A DNA stretch of 32,000 bases from Buchnera aphidicola str. APS (Acyrthosiphon pisum) (GTDB lineage Bacteria > Pseudomonadota > Gammaproteobacteria > Enterobacterales > Enterobacteriaceae), in the NCBI RefSeq assembly GCF_000009605.1, contig NC_002528.1, positions 570,001 through 602,000 of the forward strand, read 5' to 3'. A program made the position numbers and the translations under genes. Shown piece after piece: positions 12,081 to 22,026 of this stretch; position 1 is the stretch's first letter; each line of letters begins with the position of its first letter. The notes below the pieces were generated by a model. It was not told where the DNA came from. It did no database searches and worked only from the letters and a program-made list of their open reading frames with translations.

Positions 12081-13460
12081 ATGGCTAAAGATAAATTATA
12101 TTTAAATCAAATTAACAGATTAAAAATCCCACCACATTCTTTAGAAGCAGAACAATCGGTATTAGGTGGGTTGATGTTAGATAATGAACAATGGGATAGC
12201 GTTTCAGAACATGTAGTTGCTGATGATTTTTTTAGTAAACCCCATCGCTTGATCTTCCAAGAAATGCAAAAACTTCTCGATCTAGGATATCCAATAGATT
12301 TAATTACTCTATCTGAATCTTTAGAACAAAAAGGAAAATTAGAAAGTGTAGGAAGATTTTCTTATCTAGCTGAACTTTCAAAAAACACTCCTAGCACTGC
12401 AAATATTACTGCATATGCTGATATAGTAAGAGAGCGCGCAATAGTAAGAGAAATGATATTAGTAGCAAATAAAATAGCTAATGCTGGATATGATACACAA
12501 GGACGAAAAAGTGAAGAATTATTAGATTACGCAGAATCAAGTGTCTTTAAAATTGCAGAAAAACGTTTCAAAAAAGACTCAGGACCAAAAAATGTTGAAC
12601 AAATTCTTGATGAAACTGTTGCTAGTATTGAAAAATTATTTCTATCACCTCATGACGGCGTGACGGGAATTAATACAGGATATCAAGATTTAAATAAAAA
12701 AACATCAGGATTACAGCGTTCTGAACTTATCATTATTGCAGCAAGACCCTCCATGGGAAAAACAACATTTGCAATGAATTTATGTGAAAATGCTGCTATG
12801 CTTTATGATAAACCTGTATTAATATTTAGTTTAGAAATGCCTGGAGAACAAATTATGATGCGTATGTTAGCATCTTTATCTAGAGTCAATCAAGCACGAA
12901 TTAGGACTGGACAATTAAACAACGAAGATTGGGCGCGTATTTCTGGGACTATTAATATTCTTCTTAAGAAAAAGAATATCTATATTGATGACTCATCAGC
13001 ATTAACTCCAAGTGAAGTCCGTTCAAGAGCTCGTCGTATTTATCGTGAAAATAATGGATTAACTTTAATTATGGTGGACTATTTACAATTAATGAGAGTC
13101 CCTTCTTTATCCGAAAACCGTACTCTTGAAATTGCAGAAATATCTAGAACATTGAAAGCATTGGCAAAAGAACTACAGGTTCCAGTAATAGCATTATCAC
13201 AACTTAACCGATCTTTAGAACAAAGATCTGATAAAAGACCAGTAAATTCAGATTTACGTGAATCAGGATCTTTAGAACAAGATGCAGACTTAATAATGTT
13301 TATATATCGCGATGAAATTTATAATGAAAATAGTGACTTGAAAGGGATAGCAGAAATTATAATAGGAAAACAGAGGAATGGACCAATTGGAACAGTTCGT
13401 CTAACTTTTAATGGACATTGGTCTCGATTTGACAACTATTCTGGTCAAAAATATGATTAA
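12081..13460 (+). CDS. dnaB: replicative DNA helicase
   Basis: PPHSLEAEQSVLGGLMLDNEQWD, ARPSMGKTTFAMN (Walker A), IMVDYLQLMR, SQLNRSLEQRSDKRP. Start at 12081 (MAKDK) or 12063. Confidence 0.98.
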   Translation: MAKDKLYLNQINRLKIPPHSLEAEQSVLGGLMLDNEQWDSVSEHVVADDFFSKPHRLIFQEMQKLLDLGYPIDLITLSESLEQKGKLESVGRFSYLAELSKNTPSTANITAYADIVRERAIVREMILVANKIANAGYDTQGRKSEELLDYAESSVFKIAEKRFKKDSGPKNVEQILDETVASIEKLFLSPHDGVTGINTGYQDLNKKTSGLQRSELIIIAARPSMGKTTFAMNLCENAAMLYDKPVLIFSLEMPGEQIMMRMLASLSRVNQARIRTGQLNNEDWARISGTINILLKKKNIYIDDSSALTPSEVRSRARRIYRENNGLTLIMVDYLQLMRVPSLSENRTLEIAEISRTLKALAKELQVPVIALSQLNRSLEQRSDKRPVNSDLRESGSLEQDADLIMFIYRDEIYNENSDLKGIAEIIIGKQRNGPIGTVRLTFNGHWSRFDNYSGQKYD

Positions 13461-13706
13461 ATATGAATATTTTTAAAATATTTTCATGATTTAAAAATAA
13501 AAATTATAGTTGTCAAAAAATATTTTTTTAATTATTTAATAATTAAGAATTAATTTTTAATTAATACATTGTTTAAATATTAAAGACCATTAAATTTTAT
13601 AAAATTAAAATTTTTATGAAAATAAGTACATTAATATATTTTAAAAAAATAATTAAAATAATATTATCTATTTTTAAAAAATTGTTCAATTAAAAAGATA
13701 AAATAT

Positions 13707-14669
13707 ATGTCTAAAAAAATAAGTTTAAAGATTGGAATATTAATGGATTCCATTGAATCAATTAACATTAAAAAAGATTCAAGTTTTGCTATTTTACTAG
13801 AAGCACAAAAAAGAAATCATATTATTCACTACATGGAAATGAATGATCTTTATTTAAGAAAAGAACAAGCATTTGCAAGGACTCGTTTAATAAAATTAAT
13901 AAAAAATACACAAAAATGGTATCAATTTATTAAACAACAAAGTATTTCTTTGAGTGAGTTAGATGTTATTTTAATGCGTAAAGATCCACCGTTTAATACT
14001 GAATTTATTTATTCAACATATATTTTAGAACGTGCAGAAGAAACAGGTGTTTTGATAATTAATAAACCGAAAAGTTTGCGAGATTGCAACGAAAAAATAT
14101 TTACATCATGGTTTCCTGATCTAATTACTGATACTTTGGTAACAAGAAATATATTTCAGATACGTCAATTTTGGGAAAAATATCAAGACATTATAATAAA
14201 ACCATTAGACGCAATGGGTGGTGCTAATATCTTTCGAATAAAAAAAAACGATCCTAATTTTTCAGTTATTGTTGAAAACATGACAAATTATGAAAGAAAA
14301 TACTGCATGGTTCAAAATTACTTACCAGAAATCAAGTTAGGTGACAAAAGAATTTTAATTATCAATGGCAAACCTATACCTTGGTGTGTAGCTAGAATAG
14401 CACGAATTGGAGAGACGAGAGCTAACTTAGCCGCGGGGGGGGAAGGAAAAATACAGTCCTTAAGTGAGACAGATTGGAAAATAGCAAATTATTTATCTCC
14501 CACTTTAAAGAAAAGAGGATTAATTCTTGTTGGATTAGATGTAATAGGTGATAAACTAACAGAAATAAATGTTACGAGTCCAACATGTATTTGTGAAATA
14601 GAATCGCAAAAAAATATTTCTATTACCGGAATGTTGTTAGATTATATTGAAAAAAAAGTATGTTTGTAG
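13707..14669 (+). CDS. gshB: glutathione synthetase
   Basis: 320 aa; KIGILMDSIESINIKKDSSFAILLEAQKR, KPLDAMGGANIFRI, GEIKLGDKRILIINGKPIPWCVARI-like core, NLAAGGEGK, GLDVIGDKLTEINVTSPT. Confidence 0.97.
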   Translation: MSKKISLKIGILMDSIESINIKKDSSFAILLEAQKRNHIIHYMEMNDLYLRKEQAFARTRLIKLIKNTQKWYQFIKQQSISLSELDVILMRKDPPFNTEFIYSTYILERAEETGVLIINKPKSLRDCNEKIFTSWFPDLITDTLVTRNIFQIRQFWEKYQDIIIKPLDAMGGANIFRIKKNDPNFSVIVENMTNYERKYCMVQNYLPEIKLGDKRILIINGKPIPWCVARIARIGETRANLAAGGEGKIQSLSETDWKIANYLSPTLKKRGLILVGLDVIGDKLTEINVTSPTCICEIESQKNISITGMLLDYIEKKVCL

Positions 14670-14679
14670 AGATCATAAA

Positions 14680-15087
14680 ATGATAGTAATTGCATTTGAT
14701 TTTGGTATAAAAAAAATTGGAGTAGCTGTAGGAGAAAATATAACTAAAAAAGGAAGACCTTTAAGTGTTTTAAATGCTCAAAACGGATGTCCAAATTGGC
14801 AACTCGTAAAAAATTTAATACAATATTGGCAACCTCAATTTATCGTTGTAGGTTTACCCTTAAATATAAATGGCACAAAACAAAAAATTACTAATAAATC
14901 AGAAAAATTTGCTAATTTATTAAAATATAAATTCAATATTGTTGTTAAAATGCATGATGAACGCTTAACTACTGTGGAAGCAAAATCAATAATATTCAAA
15001 AAAAATGGTTTTAAAGGATTAAAAGAAGAAAAAATTCACTCTTGTGCTGCCGTCATTATATTAGAAAGTTGGTTCAATCAATATTAA
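14680..15087 (+). CDS. ruvX: RuvX/YqgF family Holliday-junction-resolvase-fold protein (pre-16S rRNA processing)
   Basis: MIVIAFDFGIKKIGVAVGENITKKGRPL, IVVGLPLNINGT, MHDERLTTVEAKSI. Start at the internal Met; overlaps nothing if started at 14680. Confidence 0.93.
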   Translation: MIVIAFDFGIKKIGVAVGENITKKGRPLSVLNAQNGCPNWQLVKNLIQYWQPQFIVVGLPLNINGTKQKITNKSEKFANLLKYKFNIVVKMHDERLTTVEAKSIIFKKNGFKGLKEEKIHSCAAVIILESWFNQY

Positions 15088-15130
15088 TTTAAAATGTAAT
15101 TATAAAAAACTATTTTAACAGGAGAAGAAT

Positions 15131-15807
15131 ATGAATAGTATTCATCTTAATTTTAAATCTATAAAAAAAAAATACAAGATATTATAAAAAACAATAATCT
15201 TCCTTTGAAAAAAATAACAATCATCGCAGTAAGCAAGAATCGAAATATCAATAATATTGAAGAAGCAATACGATCTGGAATTAATAATTTTGGAGAAAAT
15301 TACCTACAAGAAAGTCTTATTAAAATAGAAAATTTAAAAAAGTACAAAAATATTACATGGCATTTTATTGGAAAAATACAGTCTAACAAGACTAAAAAAA
15401 TAGCTCAAAATTTTTCTTGGTGTCAAACAGTTGACCGAGAAAAAATCGCGGTTTTATTAAACAAATTTAGACCCAAAAATTTACCACCAATAAATGTGTT
15501 GATACAAATTAATAATCTTAAAGAATTACAAAATAATAGATATATAGATCAATACCAAGAATTAGCACAACTAATCTTATCAATGCCTAATCTAAATTTA
15601 AGAGGGATTATGGCCGTTCCTTCAATAAAAACAAATGTTATTGAAAACAATTTACAATACGAAAAAATAAAAACTATATTTAATCGATTTAAAAGACAAT
15701 ATTCATCAGTAGATACTCTATCATTAGGAACGAGTGTTGATATAAAAGAATCACTACTTGCTACAAGTAATATGGTAAGAATTGGACGTAATATTTTTAA
15801 TATATAA
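15131..15807 (+). CDS. yggS: PLP homeostasis protein (YggS/YBL036C family); frameshifted at A10 tract 15163-15172
   Basis: ORF track shows only 15205..15807 (KKITIIAVSKNRN...GINNFGENYLQE...WHFIGKIQSNKTK). Upstream ATG 15131 reads MNSIHLNFKSIKKKYKIL* in a different frame. One extra A gives MNSIHLNFKSIKKKIQDIIKNNNLPLKKITIIAVSKNR..., about 225 aa. Confidence 0.9.
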
Positions 15808-15849
15808 AAAATTTATTTGTTTAAATCAATATAAAAAGATGAAATTATT

Positions 15850-16980
15850 ATGTTTACATTGCCTCCTATTAGTCTGTATATTCATATCCCGTGGTGTCTA
15901 AAAAAATGTGGATATTGTGATTTTTACTCCTATGTTAGTAAAGAAATCATTCCTGAAAATAAATATATAGAACATTTATTAAGAGACTTTGAAAGGGACC
16001 TATCTCTAATTAATAACAGAAACATTAATACTATTTTTATTGGTGGTGGAACACCTAGTTTATTAAAAAATACATCAATAAAAAATTTATTGAATGGTAT
16101 TAAAAAAAGAAAGATAATTTCTAAAAATATAGAAATTAGTATAGAAGCTAATCCTAAAACGCTAGAATATCAAAATTTTATTCAATATAAAAATTCAGGT
16201 ATTAATCGCTTTTCTTTAGGTATTCAAACATTTAATTCAAAAATGCTAAAAAAAATAGAACGTACATATAATTCAAAAGATGCGATGAATGCAATCATAG
16301 AATCAAAAAAAATTAGTGATAATATTAATTTAGATTTAATGTATGGTTTACCTGGTCAGTCATTAGAAGAGGCATTATCAGATTTACAGATCGCAATTCA
16401 ATGCAACCCATCTCATATATCATGGTACCAACTAACAATCGAACCTAATACTGTATTTTATGCAAAAAAAATACAAACACCTCATCAAGATGTAGTATTT
16501 AATATGTTGATTGAAGGAGATAAGCTATTAAAAAAAGCTGGATATAAAAAATATGAAATATCATCATATTCGAAATTCAACTATCAATGTCAACATAATC
16601 TAAATTATTGGAATTTTGGAGATTATATAGGAATAGGCTGCGGTTCTCATGGTAAAATTACGCAAAAAAATGGGGAAATTATTAGAACTATTAAAAACAA
16701 AAACATAAATGATTTTTTAAGTGGAAAATATATCAATTCTGTATATCAAGTGTCTAAAAGAGATAAAATATTCGAATATTTTATGAACGTTTTTAGACTA
16801 TATAAACCTATTTTCAAAAAACATTTCAGAGAAAACACTAATATAGAAGAAAGTTTTATAGAAAAAAATATTCAAATCGCTATACAAGAAGGATTCTTAA
16901 TTAATCAATCAGATTGTTGGCATACAACAAAAAAGGGAAAGAATTTTTTAAATTCGCTATTAGAAATATTTTTAAAATAA
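15850..16980 (+). CDS. hemW: radical SAM heme chaperone/coproporphyrinogen III oxidase-like protein
   Basis: 376 aa; PISLYIHIPWCLKKCGYCDFYSY (CxxxCxxC), TIFIGGGTPSLL, RFSLGIQTFNSKML, GYKKYEISSYSK, NYWNFGDYIGIGCGSHG. Confidence 0.96.
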   Translation: MFTLPPISLYIHIPWCLKKCGYCDFYSYVSKEIIPENKYIEHLLRDFERDLSLINNRNINTIFIGGGTPSLLKNTSIKNLLNGIKKRKIISKNIEISIEANPKTLEYQNFIQYKNSGINRFSLGIQTFNSKMLKKIERTYNSKDAMNAIIESKKISDNINLDLMYGLPGQSLEEALSDLQIAIQCNPSHISWYQLTIEPNTVFYAKKIQTPHQDVVFNMLIEGDKLLKKAGYKKYEISSYSKFNYQCQHNLNYWNFGDYIGIGCGSHGKITQKNGEIIRTIKNKNINDFLSGKYINSVYQVSKRDKIFEYFMNVFRLYKPIFKKHFRENTNIEESFIEKNIQIAIQEGFLINQSDCWHTTKKGKNFLNSLLEIFLK

Positions 16981-16986
16981 AAAATA

Positions 16987-17706
16987 CTATTTTTTTAGTT
17001 GAAACATCAAATCAAAAATTTTTTTACCTTGTAGCAATCCTTTTTTTTCAAATTTAGTTATTATACGAGAAACGGGACGTTTTACAAAATTATTTTTTTC
17101 AGATAAATTTTTATAATTTTTAATATCTTTTATTTCGTCTAATATATAAAAAGCATATGATTCTGAATCTGTAGCAATATGTAATATACCATCTATTATT
17201 AATTTTTTTGTAATAATTTTTAAAAAAATATTTTTTAAAAGTCTTCTCTTATGATGACGTTTTTTATGCCAAGGATCTGGAAAAAAAATTTGTACTTTAG
17301 ACAAAGTATCGTCTGGAATCATATTGTACATAACTTCAGTTGCATCATAATAAATAATTCTTAAGTTTTGAATTTGATAAGAAGATGCATAGTGCAAACA
17401 AGATCCTATTCCTGATTTATATACTTCTATTCCTAAAAAATTTTTCTCAGGAAAATTCATAGCAGTTTTAACTAAAGATTCTCCTGAACCAAAACCAATT
17501 TCTAATATTATTGGAGCACGATGCTTGAATATAGATGAAAAATTTAATGCATTTAATTGGAAATCAACACCAATTAAAGACCAATATTTTTTAATTGCAC
17601 TTAATTGAGATGTCGTTGTACGACCTTTTCTACATACAAAACTATGAATTTGACGCAAAAAAACACCTTCAAGATTATATCTCGGAGTTATAATATTATT
17701 TTTCAT
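16987..17706 (-). CDS. trmB: tRNA (guanine-N7-)-methyltransferase
   Basis: 239 aa; LEIGFGSGESLVKTAMNFPEKNFLGIEVYKSGI, VQIFFPDPWHKKRHHKRRL. Confidence 0.97.
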   Translation of the reverse strand: MKNNIITPRYNLEGVFLRQIHSFVCRKGRTTTSQLSAIKKYWSLIGVDFQLNALNFSSIFKHRAPIILEIGFGSGESLVKTAMNFPEKNFLGIEVYKSGIGSCLHYASSYQIQNLRIIYYDATEVMYNMIPDDTLSKVQIFFPDPWHKKRHHKRRLLKNIFLKIITKKLIIDGILHIATDSESYAFYILDEIKDIKNYKNLSEKNNFVKRPVSRIITKFEKKGLLQGKKIFDLMFQLKK

Positions 17707-17803
17707 ATTTTATCTAATAATTTAATTTAAATAATAGCAGCATATTAATATTTTTTTAAAAAACACATACTCAAATATTTATAAAAAAACGGCTTATATT
17801 ATA

Positions 17804-18856
17804 ATGACAAAATATATTTTTTCACAACTAGTTTTAAACTGGTACCACAAAAATGGCAGAAAAGACTTGCCATGGCAAATAAATAAAACATTATATACAG
17901 TTTGGATATCTGAAATAATGTTGCAACAAACTACAGTAAAATCTGCCATTCCTTATTTCAAAAAATTCATACTAAATTTTCCAAATATTAAATCTTTAAA
18001 TGATAGCAAATTAGACGACGTTTTATATTTATGGAGTGGTCTTGGATACTATAATAGAGCTAAAAATATTTATAAATCGGCGCAAATTATTAAGAAAAAA
18101 TATAAAGGAATATTTCCGGATCAATTTTCAAATATTATTCAATTGCCTGGGATCGGACGATCTACAGCAGGAGCTATTTTATCGTTATCATTAAATTTTT
18201 TTTATCCTATTTTAGATGGAAATGTAAAAAGAATTCTAGTACGCTACTATGGAATCTCAGGTTTATTAAAAGATAAAAAAATCGAAAAAAAGTTATGGAA
18301 TATAATTGAATCGATTACCCCAATACATAACACTGGTAAATTCAATCAAGGCATGATGGATATAGGGGCATCAATTTGTATATCGATAAAACCAAAATGT
18401 ACAATTTGTCCATTAAAAAAAGAATGTATTGCTCAAATAGAAAAAAAATGGGAAAAATACCCTTTAAAAAATATAAAAAAAACACTTCCTCAAAAAATAT
18501 CTTGGTTTATTATCATCAAACATGAAAATAATTTTTGGCTAAAAAAAAATACAGAACAAGAAATTTGGAAAGAATTATTTTGTTTTCCAAAATTTAAGAA
18601 CAAAGAGGAAGCTTTAATTTGGTTGAAAGAAAAAAAAATAAATATAAATACATGTGAAAATATGATATCATTTTTTCATAAATTTAGTCATTTTATTTTG
18701 CATATTAATCCAATCTTAATTAGATTACCTTATATTTCAGAGTTTTTTAAAGAAAACCATAAAAAAATCTGGTATAACTTAAAAAATCCTCAACATATAG
18801 GACTACCGAGACCGGTACAGAAAATACTTGAAAATTTTAAAAAAAATATTTTTTAA
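17804..18856 (+). CDS. mutY: A/G-specific adenine glycosylase
   Basis: 350 aa; [54 protein letters not shown], CxxxxxxCxxCPLKKEC Fe-S motif. Confidence 0.98.
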   Translation: MTKYIFSQLVLNWYHKNGRKDLPWQINKTLYTVWISEIMLQQTTVKSAIPYFKKFILNFPNIKSLNDSKLDDVLYLWSGLGYYNRAKNIYKSAQIIKKKYKGIFPDQFSNIIQLPGIGRSTAGAILSLSLNFFYPILDGNVKRILVRYYGISGLLKDKKIEKKLWNIIESITPIHNTGKFNQGMMDIGASICISIKPKCTICPLKKECIAQIEKKWEKYPLKNIKKTLPQKISWFIIIKHENNFWLKKNTEQEIWKELFCFPKFKNKEEALIWLKEKKININTCENMISFFHKFSHFILHINPILIRLPYISEFFKENHKKIWYNLKNPQHIGLPRPVQKILENFKKNIF

Positions 18857-18875
18857 AAAAAGGAGTATTAAAATT

Positions 18876-19109
18876 ATGAATCGAATTATTTTTTGCACAT
18901 TTTTTAAAAAAAAGTCTGAAGGTCAAGATTTTCAATCCTACCCAGGTAAATTGGGAAAAAAAATATATGACCAAATCTCAAAAAAAGCATGGGAGAAATG
19001 GATAGAAAAACAAACTATCTTAATTAATGAAGAAAATCTTAATATGTTTAACTTAGAACATCGTAAAAAAATTGAAAAGTATATGAAATTATTTTTATTT
19101 AAAAAATAA
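18876..19109 (+). CDS. yggX: probable Fe(2+)-trafficking protein YggX
   Basis: [59 protein letters not shown]; 77 aa from the internal Met, C-terminus shorter than E. coli YggX. Confidence 0.95.
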   Translation: MNRIIFCTFFKKKSEGQDFQSYPGKLGKKIYDQISKKAWEKWIEKQTILINEENLNMFNLEHRKKIEKYMKLFLFKK

Positions 19110-19164
19110 AAAGCAAATAGAAAATAATTTCTTTGAATTTTTAAAACATTTTCTAACATAAACA

Positions 19165-19991
19165 ATGTCTAATATTAATTATTTTACAAAAAAATTCTTA
19201 CAGTGCTTATATTTGATTCTGGCGTCGGTGGATTATCTATACTAAAAAATATAAAAAAAATTCTACCAAACATTCATTATATTTATATGTTAGATAATGA
19301 ATCCTTTCCTTATGGGAATAAAACAGAATTTTTTATCATCCAGAGAAGTATAAAAATAATTCATACAATAAAAAAAATTTACCCTATTAATGTTGTGGTG
19401 ATAGCTTGTAATACAATCAGCACTGTAGCTCTATCTATTTTAAGAAAAAAATTTGATATTCCTATTTTTGGAATATTCCCTCATATAAAAGCTGCAGAAA
19501 AAATAACTAAAAATAAAATCATTGGTTTGATAGCAACCAAAGCAACAATTAATTCTAGTTATACTCAAAAGATAATATATGAATATTCTTGTTCTAACAC
19601 TATAAAAATAATAGGTACAAATAAATTGGCTGTAATAGCTGAAAAAAAAATTCGAGGAGTAGCAGTCTCGCAAAAAAAATTAAAAAATATTTTTAGACCG
19701 TGGATAAATCTTCCAACATGTCCCGATACTATTATATTAGGATGTACTCATTTTTCATTATTAGAAAAAGAAATTAAAAATATTCTATATAAAACGCGAT
19801 CAGTTTACTTTATTGATTCAATAAAAAAAGTGATTTTTCAGATTGAAAGTTATTTAAAAACATCAAATGTTAATCAAAAAATAAAAAAAAATATTTTTTT
19901 ATATTCAAAAAACAATAATAATTTAAAGAAACTATTATCGTTTTTAAAACAATATAAATTTACAGTAATAAAACATATTAATTTGAATTAA
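19165..19991 (+). CDS. murI: glutamate racemase; frameshifted at A7 tract 19188-19194
   Basis: Main ORF 19203..19991 (LIFDSGVGGLSILKNIKKILPNIHYIYMLDNESFPYG..., VVIACNTISTVAL, ILGCTHF) has only a GTG start with no room for a normal N-terminus. ATG 19165 (MSNINYFTKK...) is one base out of frame; 8 A's would give MSNINYFTKKILTVLIFDSGVGG..., about 275 aa. Confidence 0.92.
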
Positions 19992-21423
19992 TATTTTTCA
20001 AAAAACAATTTTTTATACTTTTGAAAAGAAAAATCTAATAATTGTTTTAATAACACTACTTTTTCTGTATTATTAGAATATTTTTTTAATAGAAATTGAA
20101 TATTGTTTTTATATTCTTGAAAAGAAACTGGATTTAAAACATTCATACAATGTTTTAACCATATTTTTTTTTCATTATCATCTAATGTATAAAAAAATTA
20201 CGAGCACGATAACGGAAAAATAAATTTTTTAAACGAGAATCATGAAAATTACAAAAAATATGTTTTAAAAAAACTGGATCAGTATTTCTGATGATTTGTA
20301 TTTTTTTTTTATCTTTTGAATTAAAAAAACCATTATATATTTCTAAATCAACATTAAAAAATTGATTAGTATTATTATTTTTAGAGAAAATAATCTTTAT
20401 ATTTTGAATAAAAAACATATTTTTTTTAATTAATTCAATCTTTTTATTTAATGAAAATCTATGAAAGTTCAATCGATTATAATCTTCTTTTCTAATTACT
20501 TGAATTGGAGCCAAAATAGGACAACGATTTAAGTGCAATAATACTACCCCTGAATCGAGTAAATTTTTGATAAAAATACTATCAAAACATATTTTTTTGC
20601 ACATATTTATTAGTGTTTTAATATCTTTAAATAAATCAATAGCGATTAATATATTACTATTGTTTTCATGCCATGCTATAGGAAGTATACAACTCATATT
20701 ATGATAGATAGCGCCAAAATAAGCGGAAATATAAATTATTGGTTGAAAATTCCTTAAATCAATTAATTTATATAATTCATTTTTTTTTCTTATTTTAAAA
20801 AAAAAGTCAAAAAGTCTAGGTTGTTTTTTCTTGACAAGCTTTGCTATTTCAATAGTCGCATAAACATCTGAAACAGCATTATGTGCATTTAAATGAACAA
20901 TATTGTTTGTCTTTGTTAAATCTGATAGTTTAAAACTTGTTAATCCTAATTCGTTTTTAGGCCAGTTTATACCAGTGGGTCTGAGCGCATAACAAGCTCG
21001 TAATAAATTCAATATATCCCAACGAGAATTTCCGTTTTTCCAACTCCATTCATAAGGGTCAAAAAAATTTCGATAAAATATATTTCTTGTAATTTCATCA
21101 TCAAAATTAATATTATTATAACCAACAACACAAGTATTCGATTGCATTAAAATATCATATATTTTTTGAGAAAAATTATATTCATTAGTTCCATTTTTTT
21201 CTGTATATTGAGGGGTGATATGAGTAATTAAAACAGAACCGGGGTCAGGTAAATAATCATCTGACGGAAAACAGTAAAAATACTGCGGATCATCTATTAT
21301 ATTTAAATTTATGTCTGTTCTGATACATGCAAATTGAGCGGGTTTATCTAAAGCTGTATGTATCCCAAAAGTTTCATAATCATAAAATAAAAAATTAGGT
21401 GTTTTTTTTTGGAATTGTATCAT
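19988..21423 (-). CDS. sbcB: exodeoxyribonuclease I; frameshifted near the 3' end at the + strand A7 tract 20191-20197
   Basis: ORF MIQFQKKTPNFLFYDYETFGIHTALDKPAQFACIRTD...GYNNINFDDEITRN...FRYRARNFFIH* stops early. One more T in the coding strand restores RARNFFYTLDDNEKKIWLKHCMNVLNPVSFQEYKNNIQFLLKKYSNNTEKVVLLKQLLDFSFQKYKKLFFEKY*; about 478 aa, versus E. coli about 475. Confidence 0.93.
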
Positions 21424-21502
21424 TTTAAATTTCAATAAAATAATTAAATAAAATATTGAATCCTTAGAAAATAAATTCAATTGATAAAAAAGGTTTCTCA
21501 AC

Positions 21503-21811
21503 ATGTCAGATACAAAAAAATCATTTAAAAACGTATTAGAATTCGTACATAAGTTTAGAAGAAAAAATAAAATTAAAAGAGAAATTAGTGATATTGAAAA
21601 AAAAATAAGAGATAATCAAAAGAGAATATTACTTCTAGATAATCTTATCCAATATATTACGTTGGACATGAATTATGAAGAAATCAAAAAAATAATTTTT
21701 ATGATGAAAAGTGATTATGAAGACCGAATAGATGATTATATTGTTAAAAATGCCGAGCTATCTAAGGAAAAAAGAAATTTATCAAAAGAATTAAAGTTTA
21801 TTATTAAATAA
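21503..21811 (+). CDS. tmaR: TmaR/YeeX (DUF496) family protein
   Basis: 102 aa; [45 protein letters not shown]...[23 protein letters not shown], highly similar to E. coli YeeX. Confidence 0.93.
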
Positions 21812-21819
21812 AAATTTTT

Positions 21820-21892
21820 CTCCTCCGACTGGATTCGAACCAGTGACATACGGATTAACAGTCCGCCGTTCTACCAACTGAACTACAGAGGA
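21820..21892 (-). tRNA. tRNA-Asn (GTT anticodon)
   Basis: Reverse complement TCCTCTGTAGTTCAGTTGGTAGAACGGCGGACTGTTAATCCGTATGTCACTGGTTCGAATCCAGTCGGAGGAG; 73 nt, no CCA encoded. Confidence 0.97.
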
Positions 21893-22026
21893 ATTAAAAT
21901 ATATATACCAAAAATTTTTATGTGTGTCAAATATATAAAAATTTTTTTTTAAAAAAAAATAAAATTTCTAAAAGAATTCTAGATTATTATAAAAAATTGA
22001 TTTATAGTAATAAGGTTGAAAAATAT

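Noticed and set aside
18938-19165. - strand 75-aa ORF
   Set aside because: Antisense of yggX, which has clear homology on the + strand.
19440-19673. - strand 77-aa ORF
   Set aside because: Antisense inside murI; low-complexity F/Y/S-rich product typical of chance ORFs in AT-rich DNA.
20161-20175. Possible second frameshift in sbcB at the A9 (coding sense) tract
   Set aside because: Recounting shows the A9 tract keeps the frame (GAA AAA AAA ATA TGG); only the T7 tract needs repair.
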